A DNA stretch of 64,000 nt. Origin: Octopus sinensis (taxonomy: Eukaryota). Below the pieces are notes generated by a model. The model made no database searches. It was not told the origin of the DNA and saw nothing but the letters and a program-made list of their open reading frames with translations. Shown here piece after piece: positions 12,111 to 23,050 of the stretch (positions are counted from its first letter, which is position 1; every line of letters starts with the position of its first letter). The position numbers were made by a program, and so were the translations under genes. The stretch spans positions 20,026,001 to 20,090,000 of the forward strand of contig NC_043020.1 of the NCBI RefSeq assembly GCF_006345805.1, given 5' to 3'.

Positions 12111-13033
12111 TATAGTTTAGGTAATTAAAAAGTACTTGCACTAAAGCAGTTGACATATACAGTGAACGTTATATTGCACTGAGTGCTGACCTCAATCGGC
12201 ACGATTACCATTGCCGCACACAGGCCACCAAATGAATCACTGCCATAAACAGTTGATGTAAATATATGCTGAACCATTGTTGTATGCTAATTCCTGATCT
12301 CAGTTGATGATTACCTAGTCATGGAGTTAAAAAGAAATTAATTGAAATAATCAAACAATATATTTCTTTAAAAATACAATAATAAAAGGGTTATATAAGT
12401 GTATAGGGTTTACATAGTCATTTCACATTTGATACATTTTACTAACTACATTGCAAAATCTTACAGATTATTCCAAATTGGCAACCACAATAAGAATCCT
12501 AACAAGCCAAAGATTCTCCATAATCATTAACCTAAAAACCTCATCAATACTCAGAGCACTCTCAGTCTTTTAATGTTACTCATGCTCTCCATTGACTTTC
12601 TATAGAATGAAAGGGTAGAGTAGGCACTGAGACCAGTGGATGGAGAGCAGGGGAACAGCTGACAACACACAAGATGCCTGGCACCCATATTTTCTTTTGA
12701 TGAAGAAGAATATAATAGCAAACATAGATTCAACGACTGATATTCATAAGGAAAGGGTGAGTAAAATGTTGCAACATGTATGGCGTTATTCTTTTTTTCT
12801 GAGGGGACAAATAACCTAAGTTACTAAGCATAACTCAGATTTATAAAGCAGGAAGGGGATAATAATCAGTGATTTTTATGCTTTTCAAGGTCATAACAAG
12901 CAATCAGTTACCTATATGGCACATCAAGTATCGACCATTGTTTCTTTTGTCCAGCCCAACCACCATTTTCATAGATAAATCGACCATAGGATATTACTGG
13001 TATTCTATGTCCTAGCATTCACACTATAAAAGG

Positions 13034-13250
13034 TTAAACCCTTTAGCATTTAGACTAGCCATACCTGGCCCAAACATTCCACGTGCTTTATGTTCAAACA
13101 GACCAGATCTGGCTTCTTACACCAACCTTACAATGACATTCTAAGAATATACAATCCCATTGGCGAAATCTCAAAGCTAATGCATGATTAATTCAAAACA
13201 ATGTGATTAAATACGTACTACATATGACAAAAGAATCTGAATATTAAAAG
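13034..13250. mobile_element. piggyBac-like MITE (TTAA/CCCTTTAGCATT ends); other copies at ~4860-5620 (interrupted) and ~50360-50545
   Basis: Starts TTAAACCCTTTAGCATT. The 50.5-kb copy ends AATGCTAAAGGGTCAA. Internal sequence is shared between copies. Confidence 0.55.
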
Positions 13251-14306
13251 GACTCCAAGCTGAAGTGTCAAAATCCTTTTTCCAACCTTTTACTGAGAAC
13301 ATCTCCACCAAAATATCCTCGAAAGACGGTTATTTGTCCCAAAGTGATTGCTGTTTTTTAGCCCTTCATCAGATCTGATTGACCAAAGACTGCTTTTTGT
13401 CTATCTAGACCTGCACTGTCCAATTCGCAATTTTTATCTATTAAGGGGGGGGGGGTTGAGGGAAACGTTTCTGGGATTATTTCGAACTGGCCGAGCAACG
13501 ATGCAGAGGCTTCCTCTATTTGTTCTAGATCGGTGACAAGTGGTTTTAAAAGATTGAAAATGAAGGTAAAATATCAACAAGTCTTCATGTATCTAATTTA
13601 TGCCACATTAATAATAAAAGAGTAAAATAACTAAATATAATCCCCTTTAATATTCAAAGGTTATAAACCGTTTTTAGTTACAGGTTCTGAAGATTAGTGG
13701 AAGTGACATTATGTTTGTATTTTCTAAGAATATTAATTTAGTTTGTGTCAGTAGAGTTTGACAATTACCGCATGCCTGGAATGTTTCATTTCCGTCCAGC
13801 CATCCTATTTGGCCATCCATCCATCAAAGTTATCTATTAAACCTATCCGCTCATCGGTGTTACTCACTCATCTAAAAGCACTATTCTCCTATGTACCCCA
13901 CCCGCACCCTCCTATCCATAATGAAACGACCTAAAAACACATCTCGAACACCAACAAATAAATTACAAGACACATGAAGAATATCCATTACGTTTATCCT
14001 GAATTTCGGATTTGTAAACTAATGGGATGGAGTCATCCAAATGATGGGTTGCTTACAATGTCGCAGGAATCAATAGTTGTTAAACATTTATAGTTCGAGG
14101 GGAAAATAGTAGCCTAAGATACACGAGATAAACACCCCCAAAAGATAAATGCTACATACAGATAGTTATATAGTTTAAAAAATGAACAAATATGAAGACG
14201 TACAAGTAGTCAGATTGACTTGCAGACAGATCGATATAAAAGATGGGTAAATGGGTTATTAGGTACGTGGAAATGAATTGTTTAAATAGATATAAGAGAG
14301 ACCAAC

Positions 14307-14501
14307 CCTTTCTTTCATCCTCCATGTCTGTGTCAACACTTCTGGAGCTAAAATCTTCTCCGTATGGCGACTTAGATTAAAAGCGAGTGGAAGTCTTCGG
14401 TCGGAATCTGGAGTTTCTTCTTTCTCATCCTCATACACTTTACTGCTACAACAACTTCGACTGTCATCATTTACTGAATTACTGCTACTGGTGGTGGTCA
14501 T
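14307..14501 (-). CDS. RPTOR: Raptor first coding exon (MTTTSSS...LPLAFNLSRHTEKILAPEVLTQTWRMKER)
   Basis: LPLAF..RH.EKI...Q.WRMK.R matches the Raptor N-terminus. Donor GTTGGT at 14306, phase 0, joins MKTVSV. The first in-frame ATG after the TGA at 14597-14595 is 14501; the start choice is less certain than the exon. Confidence 0.88.
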
Positions 14502-14594
14502 CTTTGTCTCATCACACGAAGGGCGACTCTTCTGCTTTTCGCTTGATAATGTTTTTGCTCGGGTCTCTTTAGTTGACTTCCTCCACACAGGCCA

Positions 14595-14711
14595 TCATAA
14601 TAACAGCGAGGATGATGATGATGATAACAAACTCAATGCACTTCTAGTTTCAACTTCAGCCGACCTAGCTACAGAACAGTTTCCCACCTCATCTCCACTC
14701 TCCATCTTCAT
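14595..14711 (-). other. 38-codon upstream ORF in frame with Raptor (MKMESGDEVGNCSVARSAEVETRSALSLLSSSSSSLLL*)
   Basis: ATG at 14711 and TGA at 14597-14595. The frame stays open from 14594 to the Raptor ATG at 14501. Confidence 0.6.
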
Positions 14712-15202
14712 AGAGAAATTTATGTTGTTTTTATATTATCCTTATCATAATTGTTGTACTTTATGATGATGATGATGTTGGTAGTAGTAGTAGTAGTAGT
14801 AGTCGTAGCCAGCTGTATGTTTTTCTTGTAGTTGTTTTATCTCTTGCAGAATTTACCCGTGCACATGTTTAATATATTAAACAAAGTTTCTTCAATAAAT
14901 ATTACAAATTAATTATTTGCATTTCTTCTCCCACAATAAACATTATTGTTCTTCTTCTTACAAATTTACATTCACAAAATATTTGACACTAGAATGATGA
15001 TAATAATAATAATTAGATTTTTCTATGAAATTATCATCATTTCCTTTTCTTTTTTCTGTAGCATTGATGAGAATTTGGTAATATTTACAATCAAGAAAGA
15101 ATTTCACATCACCAACTCTACCCAATTCACACGTTCTCCGTCATATTGGTTGGAGGATATATTACAGATGTAATGCAGCTCGTTTAATAGACACATGACC
15201 TA

Positions 15203-15224
15203 CACTTCCGTTTCCGCTTCCGGG
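15203..15224 (-). promoter_or_regulatory. Candidate Raptor promoter: three tandem ETS-type cores
   Basis: Minus strand CCCGGAAGCGGAAACGGAAGTG in a locally CpG-rich, repeat-free patch about 700 bp upstream of the Raptor ATG. Confidence 0.6.
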
Positions 15225-16830
15225 CAAAACCGGGTTGGAAGCTGAACGTAGCCGATGTGCAGCAGGGGACGATTTTCCTCCCTTCCACTCTCCCTCTCTT
15301 AATCTCTGTGTTTCTTTTTCTCTCTTCCTTCGGCGTTGAGGATAAGTTGTAAGGCATTCATGCAGAATAGAGTCATAAATTATATCTTGCGTCAAAAACC
15401 CGAATTTCTTCTAATATGTGTTTTAGATTTTGTAGATTTCGTTCTTTCAGTTTTGTTTTGTTTTTCAGAGGGATTTTTGGTCCCTGCTCCCTTTCTTTAA
15501 TTTTCTTAATTTTGACTTTTTTTTAATTGTTTCGGTTTTAAAATATCTGACATTATGATGCTTCAAAAATATGTGCAACTTAAATTTGAACAAGTTTCCG
15601 AAATAATTATTTAAACTGAAAAATAGCATCACTCCTTTTTTGCAGGTTCGTAATCTACAAGGCTCAAACACACACTTTCAAATAAATTACGGTTTGGGGC
15701 ACACTAGAAAATTTCTGACTCTATTCTCTTGGAACACCTAAGGAAGATAGTGAAACGTTACGTATCAGTCGTCGAGGCAATGCAGATAGGATTGGAACTC
15801 GAGACAATGGATCTCAGTTGCAGTTTCCCCGCTCTTGCCATTAGCCTACACAAATTAGTTTTTCCATTAACAAAACACAAAAGTTGAATAATTTTACGCA
15901 AAGAAGAGGTTTTTAATCCTTTCCTTAACATTAGCGAAATAGCATCCCGCACATTGCTCACCGGAAACCTAACTTTCCGACAAATAATTTTTTTTCTTTT
16001 GTTAATCCTCAACTGATCGAAGATACCTGTGATCAAAGGCGTTTCAACCGTAACGATCTCGATACCGTCTTGTATATCTGGCATTCTTGTCGCCAATGTG
16101 TCCTTTTTAACACAAGGAGGTGTAATTTGAGGGAATTCGGTTGCAGCTAGTATTTCTAGCAGAGGTGCATGACGGCAAAAATCTGTGAAATCTATGGTAT
16201 CTTATAAAAAGCATTAACATCGGAAATGAAAGTAAATGATTCGGTCTAGGAATCGTATCCTGTTGGGTCAACGATACTTGCTCGTCAGGGTTCGTCACAG
16301 GTGACCTTAGTACTAATCGTATTAATAAAAATGCAAAATGAAACAGCTTTTTGTACTGAGTGAAGGGCAGATAGAAAGCTTTGAGATGAGTTGTTTAGTC
16401 CTAGATCAAAACTGAGCAGATTTATGATCAGAGATATGCCAGTTGTCTTTGGCGGACGGGGGGAGAGGTCTAGGACTACATTTTCCAATATATTTTTTCC
16501 TTACTGAAAACAGTAAGATGTGACTTGAGGGAGATTTGGTTAATTCTTGAAGGTCGAGAAACCACGTAAATACACTCTGTACCAGACACTCTTTAATATG
16601 TTACGTAGTCTAAGCTAGTCTTAATCAAGCCGAACATTCCAGCTGTGACCAATCCGTATATATGACTACATTTGCTCAATTATTCCCCTCAATCACCAGT
16701 TTAAGGTGAATGTAATGTGAAAGATGTTTGGCTGCTATTTCTAGCAGGTCATGCAATCATGAGTAATGTTTAAGGATTTGTCTCCCTTTGACTTCATAGC
16801 AACAAAATAAGTCAGTTGCTGGCTTTAAAG

Positions 16831-17102
16831 CAGTGGTTCCCAAAGTAGATGGTATTGCCCCCTTGGGGGCGGTGGAAAGTTCCAAGGGGGCGCTGAAGAA
16901 AAATGGGGTGGTAATGGAGTAGCGATTCCTGTAAAAATGAAATAATGGGTTCATTAGTTTAAGTTTTATTTGTGAAATACAGTTGCCTTGAATTTGCTTC
17001 AGAAAGAGGTCTATGTTTGTGATGGTTAGTTGGGATGGGAGCGCTAGGAATGTGGCTTGGATATCAAGGGGGCAGCAGCCCGAAAAAGTTTAGGACCCAC
17101 TG
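16831..17102. mobile_element. hAT (Charlie-like) MITE
   Basis: TIRs CAGTGGTTCCCAAA and TTTAGGACCCACTG. 8-bp TSD CTTTAAAG/CTTTAGGG (6/8 match). Confidence 0.75.
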
Positions 17103-17119
17103 CTTTAGGGTATATTTCG

Positions 17120-17415
17120 TATTCTTTTCTACTCTAGGCCCAAGGCCCGAGATTTTAGGGGAAGGGGAAGTCGATTAGATCGACCTTAGTACCCAACTGG
17201 TACTTAATTTATCGACCCCGAAAGGATGAAAGGCAAAGTTGACCTCGGCGGAATTTGTACTGTCTTTATGCTCTGGGCTCAAATTCCGTCGAGGTCGACT
17301 TTGCCTTTCATCCCTTCGGGGTCGATAAATTAAGTACCAGTTGTGTAAGGAATCGATCTAATCGACTGGCCCCTTCCCCAAACATTTCGGGCCTTGTGCC
17401 TAGAGTACAAAAAGG
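17120..17415. repeat. Head-to-head inverted pair of a common tRNA-derived SINE (GTCGACTTTGCCTTTCATCC..GGGGTCGATAAA family; many further copies in the window)
   Basis: Arms ~17125-17257 and ~17280-17413 are reverse complements with a 22-nt spacer. Confidence 0.85.
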
Positions 17416-17594
17416 GTATATTTCATATTATTTCACTTGTGTTAATGTCTGAGATAGGGGTGGTGAACTGGCAGAATTGTTACCTTGCCGGAAAAATTCT
17501 TAGCGGCATTTCTTCCGACTTTACATTCTGAGTTCAAAATGCCGCCGAGATTGACAGAATAAGTACCAGTTAAACAATGACTAACCCCTTCCCC

Positions 17595-18143
17595 TGTGAT
17601 CAATGTGGACATGGCGAAAGCGAGCATCCGGAGGAGAAAACTGTCCAAGAGGAGCGCGAATATGCCTGTGGATTTTAGAATGCTGGCATTTTACACAAGA
17701 GCGTGCCCAGTCGGTGCACGAGGAGAGTGTTTGTCCGATTTAGATGACAGAGCAAACATAAGAGGCTTGTGATCAGTATAAATCACAAAATCTCGGACCT
17801 CGAGTTGATGTTGAAAATGACGAACTGACAGGTAGATCGCCAATGGCTCGCGATGGCAAACTGGATATAAGGGCCCAACAAAGCATTCTATCTCTTCTTC
17901 ACCGCAAGCGCTTGCTGAACACGCTTCGCTGGCTGGGTCTCCAGGCTAGTCCTTTCTGCATGTCGTATCTCCAGAGGCAATGGGTCTACGTTAACGGAGA
18001 TACAACGAGACACACACAGCTTGAGTTGGTATACTGAGAGCAACACACTTTATCTATTCTGTGTAACTTGTAAATAAACTGGTTGTGAATTGCATTTTTA
18101 CTTGAGACTTCTTTCCTCGCCTGTTGGAACCTGAAACAACACA
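17595..18143 (+). repeat. LTR-like segment, unrelated in sequence to the LTR at 19349
   Basis: TG start, TATAA near 17867, AATAAA at 18073-18078, ends ...AACAACACA. No PBS is seen after it. Confidence 0.5.
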
Positions 18144-18599
18144 AAGAACAATTTTAATGGGAGAAGGTGATATTCATCCGATATCGTGAACCTTGCCTCC
18201 CATTATAAAATTGTGGCCCCAAATATGTAAAGGATCTCCAGTAGCCGAAAGGAGCTACAGAACACCAGAAGAATCAACTCAACTTCCAGCCATCGTTCCT
18301 GTCTGCCGCCACATTTGAATTGTCCCACGTGGAAACAGGACATTACCAGTCGCGCGCCTTCAACTGACCAAAAAAAAAAAAATTTATTGGTACAAGCACA
18401 CACATACAATCACAGTGTTTTTGGCGTTTTTTTTTTCTTTCGTTTAGCGACGAAATTTTTATTTCTTGTCTGTGCATATAGTACACGATTCTATAAATTT
18501 AGCTCAAATTTTTTTTTATTCTTGCACACACGCTGTTATTTCCAACAACACTTTTTGTCGGTTTTTTGTCCTTTTCTTTTTCTCCTCTCACAGAAAAAA

Positions 18600-19348
18600 A
18601 TGAGTTTACCTAATCTTCTTTCTTTCATTGGTGACGTCACGCTTTGGTTCGCTCAATTGGAGGTGTATTTTGCGGCACATGCGGTACCTTCACAGCGACA
18701 ATTAAATCTCTTTTGTAGCATTCCTGCACCACTTGCTACTTCAGTCAGGGATCTTATCACCGATCCTCGTCTGGATGCGACTTACGAGGTAGTCATATCC
18801 GAGGTTCTCCGACGGAACACTAAATCCGCGGAGTCTAAGTTTAGGCAGCTAATGCAAGATGAGGCGCTAGGAGACAGGACGCCGTCTCAATTCTTACGAC
18901 ATCTCCGCGGGGTCAACGACACGATAGGACAACTCGTTCTTACGGAAGCTTTTCTTCTCTCGGCTACTTCCCAATGTGCAAACCATCTTAGCCACAGCGG
19001 TTGATACCAACACCGTGGATCAACTAGCTACCATGGCTGATAAAATTTTAGAGTTCGCTGTCCAGCCAGCACCTCGCCATGTCTACTCTAGCTCAGAGGT
19101 TTCCTCCGTTGCATCTTCCTCATCATGTGATGATGTTTTGGAGAAACTTGTTTCTTTAACACGCCGGATGGGCGCGCTTCAGGGAGGGTGCTCCAACTCT
19201 TCGCGCCGTCGCAGTCGAAGCCGGTCCCGTTCACGCTCGTCCGATTCCTTTTTGTCTAGTTCCGGTCTTTGTTGGTACCACGCCAGGTATCAGCATAAAG
19301 CCCGTAAATGCATTCGGCCTTGTTCTTTCCAGTCGTCGGAAAACGACC
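18600..19348 (+). pseudogene. Gypsy-type gag, frameshifted
   Basis: MSLPNLLSF..DVTLWFAQLE, LGDRTPSQFLRHLR, LATMADKILE, an RS repeat and CWYH......ARKC..PC; ends at SEND. Confidence 0.85.
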
Positions 19349-20400
19349 TGTAGCGTATCTGATATCCTCACTGTTTGAGAGACACATTAGGAATGATCTC
19401 GTTTGAACCATCTTTACAACCATCTTTGGCTAGTTTGATTCTGTTATGTCCACTGCTCTGATCGGTTGGCATTCGGTGCAGTTTGTCTTTCGACTTATTT
19501 CGCGCCAGTGTGTAAGCCAACCAATCACGGCCTTTGGATAGGGTCTCGTGACATTGTTTTTCCTATGCCCTGTTTGAGCCACTTTAACCCTATAAATAAG
19601 CCAGCATTTCACTACTCCTGGTCTTTCGGCTATAGACCTTCTAAGGTCTAGTCACTGACCACAGAGCTACTCAGCCATGTTCCAGTTCGAGCGACAGACG
19701 ACCAGTCAGCCAGCCAACCAGCCATGAAGACGCTATTATACACCAGCAACAGACAGGACGTTCTCCATCTCCACCGCCGTCATCACCATCGTCGTCTCCA
19801 TGTCCGTCGACTTCAACAATATGTACACATTAACATCTACACAGGTTTAACTCCACGCTGTGTGTGAATATTTCACCGAGGTAAAACAGCTCCAGTCTAC
19901 CTGAAAGAACTTTCTGTATCAAGAGACTCGGCACGACATGATAGCCCCAACTTCTACACGTGTAGTAACCGGCCTCTGTCACGTGACCCCCCCCCCCAAA
20001 GAACTTGCTATCGTGTACCTCACTTATGAACTGGTAGACAAATTCCATCTTAGCTCAATATGCTGAGACATTCATCTTATGCTCTATATTTCTGTTTTAT
20101 GTGCATACACTATTATTTGTACTTTCTGTCGCACACACGAACACACAGACACAAACACTTGTCGCATGCACACATACACAACACTATGCTAGCACTCACA
20201 CACTCTCTCTTTGTACCTATTGTAAATAAAGTCTTCTTCTCTCTCAAACAGTAGAACGGTTTGTCGACCTTCATTTATTCCTTTTGGCACCGTATTTTAT
20301 ATGATGTATATGGCTTCTATATATTTGTTAGGGGCGACCGTGCGGCTTTCAAAAGGAGACATTTGTCACCAACTCCTTACGTACGGTCGATTCCCCTACA
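19349..20400 (+). repeat. LTR (1052 bp, TGTAG...CTACA)
   Basis: Inverted termini TGTAG/CTACA, TATAAATA near 19591, AATAAA near 20225. Homologous to the solo LTR at 57845-58327. Followed by a tRNA-Trp PBS. Confidence 0.9.
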
Positions 20401-20401
20401 C

Positions 20402-20438
20402 TGGTGACCCCGACGTGATTCGAACACGCAGCCTTCTG
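20402..20438 (-). other. 37-nt reverse copy of the 3' half of mature tRNA-Trp, CCA included (extended PBS)
   Basis: Minus strand CAGAAGGCTGCGTGTTCGAATCACGTCGGGGTCACCA matches positions ~40-76 of metazoan tRNA-Trp(CCA) as I recall it. Confidence 0.9.
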
Positions 20439-20578
20439 CGGAGGGCTTGAGCACGTCAAGCACTTCCGGCCAATTATCCTCAAATCGTGCATTTTTTGTG
20501 AAGGACCGCGTGTATAACGAGGCGTTTATGGTTGACACTGGTTCTAGTTTCTCTATTTGGCCTTTGCGTCTTGCTACA
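20439..20578 (+). pseudogene. Start of Gypsy pol (aspartic protease), truncated
   Basis: EGLSTSSTSGQLSSNRAFFVKDRVYNEAFMVDTGSSFSIWP, with the catalytic DTG motif. Confidence 0.8.
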
Positions 20579-22042
20579 CCCCGATATTACAAGCCTTGTG
20601 CCAAAATATGAAACCAATGTGTCTGAGAAAAGCATGAACGTAGCTAGATTTCCATTTTAATTCATGGGGTGTTTAACCCGTTAGCAGTTACATCGAATTA
20701 CAAATTCAAACAATTGTCTGTATGTATCACATGGATTATGTTAATTAGATGCGGAATACTTTGCTTCCCAGCGAGATAAATTTCATTATTAAATAAGCCC
20801 TTGCCAGAGCTAGTGGGATTGTCCAGAAACGACGAGAAAAGATCTAATGAACTCAGTCTTTGTTCTTTAATGAAAGGTAACTGCCTTAAATGGGGTACTA
20901 TTGTGAGCAACTCCTTCGCACCAGCACACGCCCTTGATGCTACGATGGGAGTGGGGATTTGTGCATTTGTAGCTGAAAGGAATAAGACACTGAGTTACCG
21001 TAATTTGTACATATATTACATCTTTCAAGCATTTGAGACATTGGAAAGAACCGGAGCACTACAGAGTGATGATTTATGGAAGAATACTTTACAGTTGCCG
21101 CACCTCAACGTGCACTAATTTCACGACTGTTTTAGCTTGCCTCTAAACTTTGTAGAGAAGAATGCCAATGTCACCTAGTATGCGTGTATTAGTAAATTAC
21201 TAACTTCTATTTCACTTCTTTTTACCATTTTTATTAGTTTTGTAACAAGAAAAAAAAATTGTCACGTGCATAGATTCCAAATTTTAAAATATTAAATCTA
21301 ATGACATCGTTAGCATGCCGGACTAAATGCTTAGCGGCATTTAATCCGTCTTCACGATCTGAATCCAAATTCCGCCGAGTCGACTTTGCCTTTCGTCCTA
21401 TCAGAGTCGATAAGATAAGTACCAGATGATCACTGGAGTGGATGTAATCGACTTATCCCCTCCCAGAAATTGCTGGCATTGTACCAAAAATTGAAATCAA
21501 TATTAAAACTGACGACAAGGCAATAATTTGACCTTATTTATGTACTGAGAACCCAATTTACTTGACTAAATCCTTCAAGGCCGTTGCCCAATATAGCTGC
21601 AGTCCAAAGACCAAAATAAGTAAAAGATCATTCCTTTAATGTATCTTGGGTGTGAATGGAAGAATTATAGAAAACCAAGGTGTAATTACTGAAGCACTTT
21701 TTCTTGTTGCATCTTGTTCCCAAAGTTTTCCTACCTCATTAAAACTTCTATTTTAACGTTCAACGTAATCCTTTTTCGCACTACTCCCTTCACTTCCATT
21801 TGATGGTCTCTTTCCAGACATCTTCAACAAGAGCAATATACGATACCTTTTGTGCAAACACAAAAGTGATTATATTTTCTTCCATAAAAATTCCGTTCGC
21901 ACGCGCCCTCAAAAGCTGCACACTGAAACACTCTCAAAAAATTGTATCTCAAGTTTTGATAAAAGTCTATTGACTAACTTGCTTCAACATTCATGCAGTT
22001 GTCAAAAACTGCTACCAGCAATTATCTAAACTTAGCCTGCAC

Positions 22043-23050
22043 ATCATCATCATCATCATCATTATCATTAGTTAAGGTCCATGTTTCATGCTGGTATGCG
22101 TTGTACGGTTTCACAGGATGTGATGAGTCCAACGATTATATCGTGCTCCCAATGTCTGCTTTGGCAACGTTTTTACTGCTCGATGCCCTTTCTAAAGCCA
22201 ACCACTTTACAGTGTGTATTGGGTGCTTTCTTTTTCGGGTCACCTACATTATTAAGGTCGTCATGCAGGACTACGAACTCTAGGGAAAGGTGTTGGGTCA
22301 GCTCCAAGCATGAAGACGAGAGGTTAAACTATGTGAAGGGAGTGGGGTCAGAGCAGGTTCTCGTAAAGGATCTGCGTGGCTACTCGCATTTAATAGATGA
22401 GAGAGAGCCAAGAGAAAATGATCGGTAACAGCTACAAAGAGATAGATAAAGGCAATGTGGTTTGCAAGATTGTACACGGAGGGGAGGGATAGGAAGGCAG
22501 ACTGCAAAATGGGTAAGGTTAAAAGGTGAATGAAATATTAAGTGTTGAGTTGAGAAGAGGGATACAGGAGAGAGTGGCGGGGATGAGGCGAGCGGCAAGA
22601 ATAGTAATGCGGATACAGTTGACAGAAGGAGGACAAGAGAAAGCGATGACATGATTGGGTGGTCTGTATGAGCCGGGGAGAAGCAGGCATAATGCATGGA
22701 AGGGGTATAAGTCACTGTCACGTAGGGTGGAGAACACAACACTTAGCGCTTCCAGAACTCAGTTTAGCTGAGGAGTGCGGTTACCTTTTTGAGAATCTCA
22801 TATCGCCAAAGATCCCGGTCCTTCGGTCATCTCCTCCGTCAGGCTCAAGGTCTTCAAGTCAGCCTTCATCACTTCATTCCATATCTTCCTGGGTCACCCT
22901 CTTCAGCAAGTTCCAATCACATTAAGTGATCGGCACTTCTTTATACAGCTGTCCTCATCCATACGCATCACATATCGAATACCAATGTAGATTCTTTCTT
23001 GCTAACATTTGATTCCTTTTGTGCCCAGTATTTCACTCAGCACCTTTGTA
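22043..23050 (-). mobile_element. Old RTE-type LINE 3' end with (CAT)n tail, interrupted
   Basis: (CAT)n tail, the family GATGCCCTT motif, and a C-terminal coding remnant at ~22860-23050. Confidence 0.5.

Larger units (their letters stand above)
17595..20578 (+). mobile_element. Composite Gypsy-derived insertion (TG...CA, CCCC TSD) that splits a SINE
   Basis: The SINE stops at ...AACCCCTTCCCC (17594) and resumes at CCCCGATATTACAAGCCTTGTGCCAAAA (20579). The insert begins TGTG and ends CTACA. Confidence 0.75.

Noticed and set aside
14259-14588. ORF-track 109-aa protein as the true Raptor exon boundaries
   Set aside because: It starts at GTG and runs past the donor at 14306. Homology and phase support 14501-14307.
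14820-14850. Plus-strand splice-acceptor-like TTTTATCTCTTGCAG
   Set aside because: No plausible + strand exon or gene follows, and it is simply the complement of the A-rich Raptor leader.
18315-18599. N-terminal part of the 229-aa ORF
   Set aside because: A T-rich untranslated leader open by chance; gag similarity begins at ATG 18600.
20402-20438. Genomic tRNA-Trp gene
   Set aside because: Only the 3' half is present, it includes CCA, and it sits one base after an LTR end; it is a primer-derived copy.
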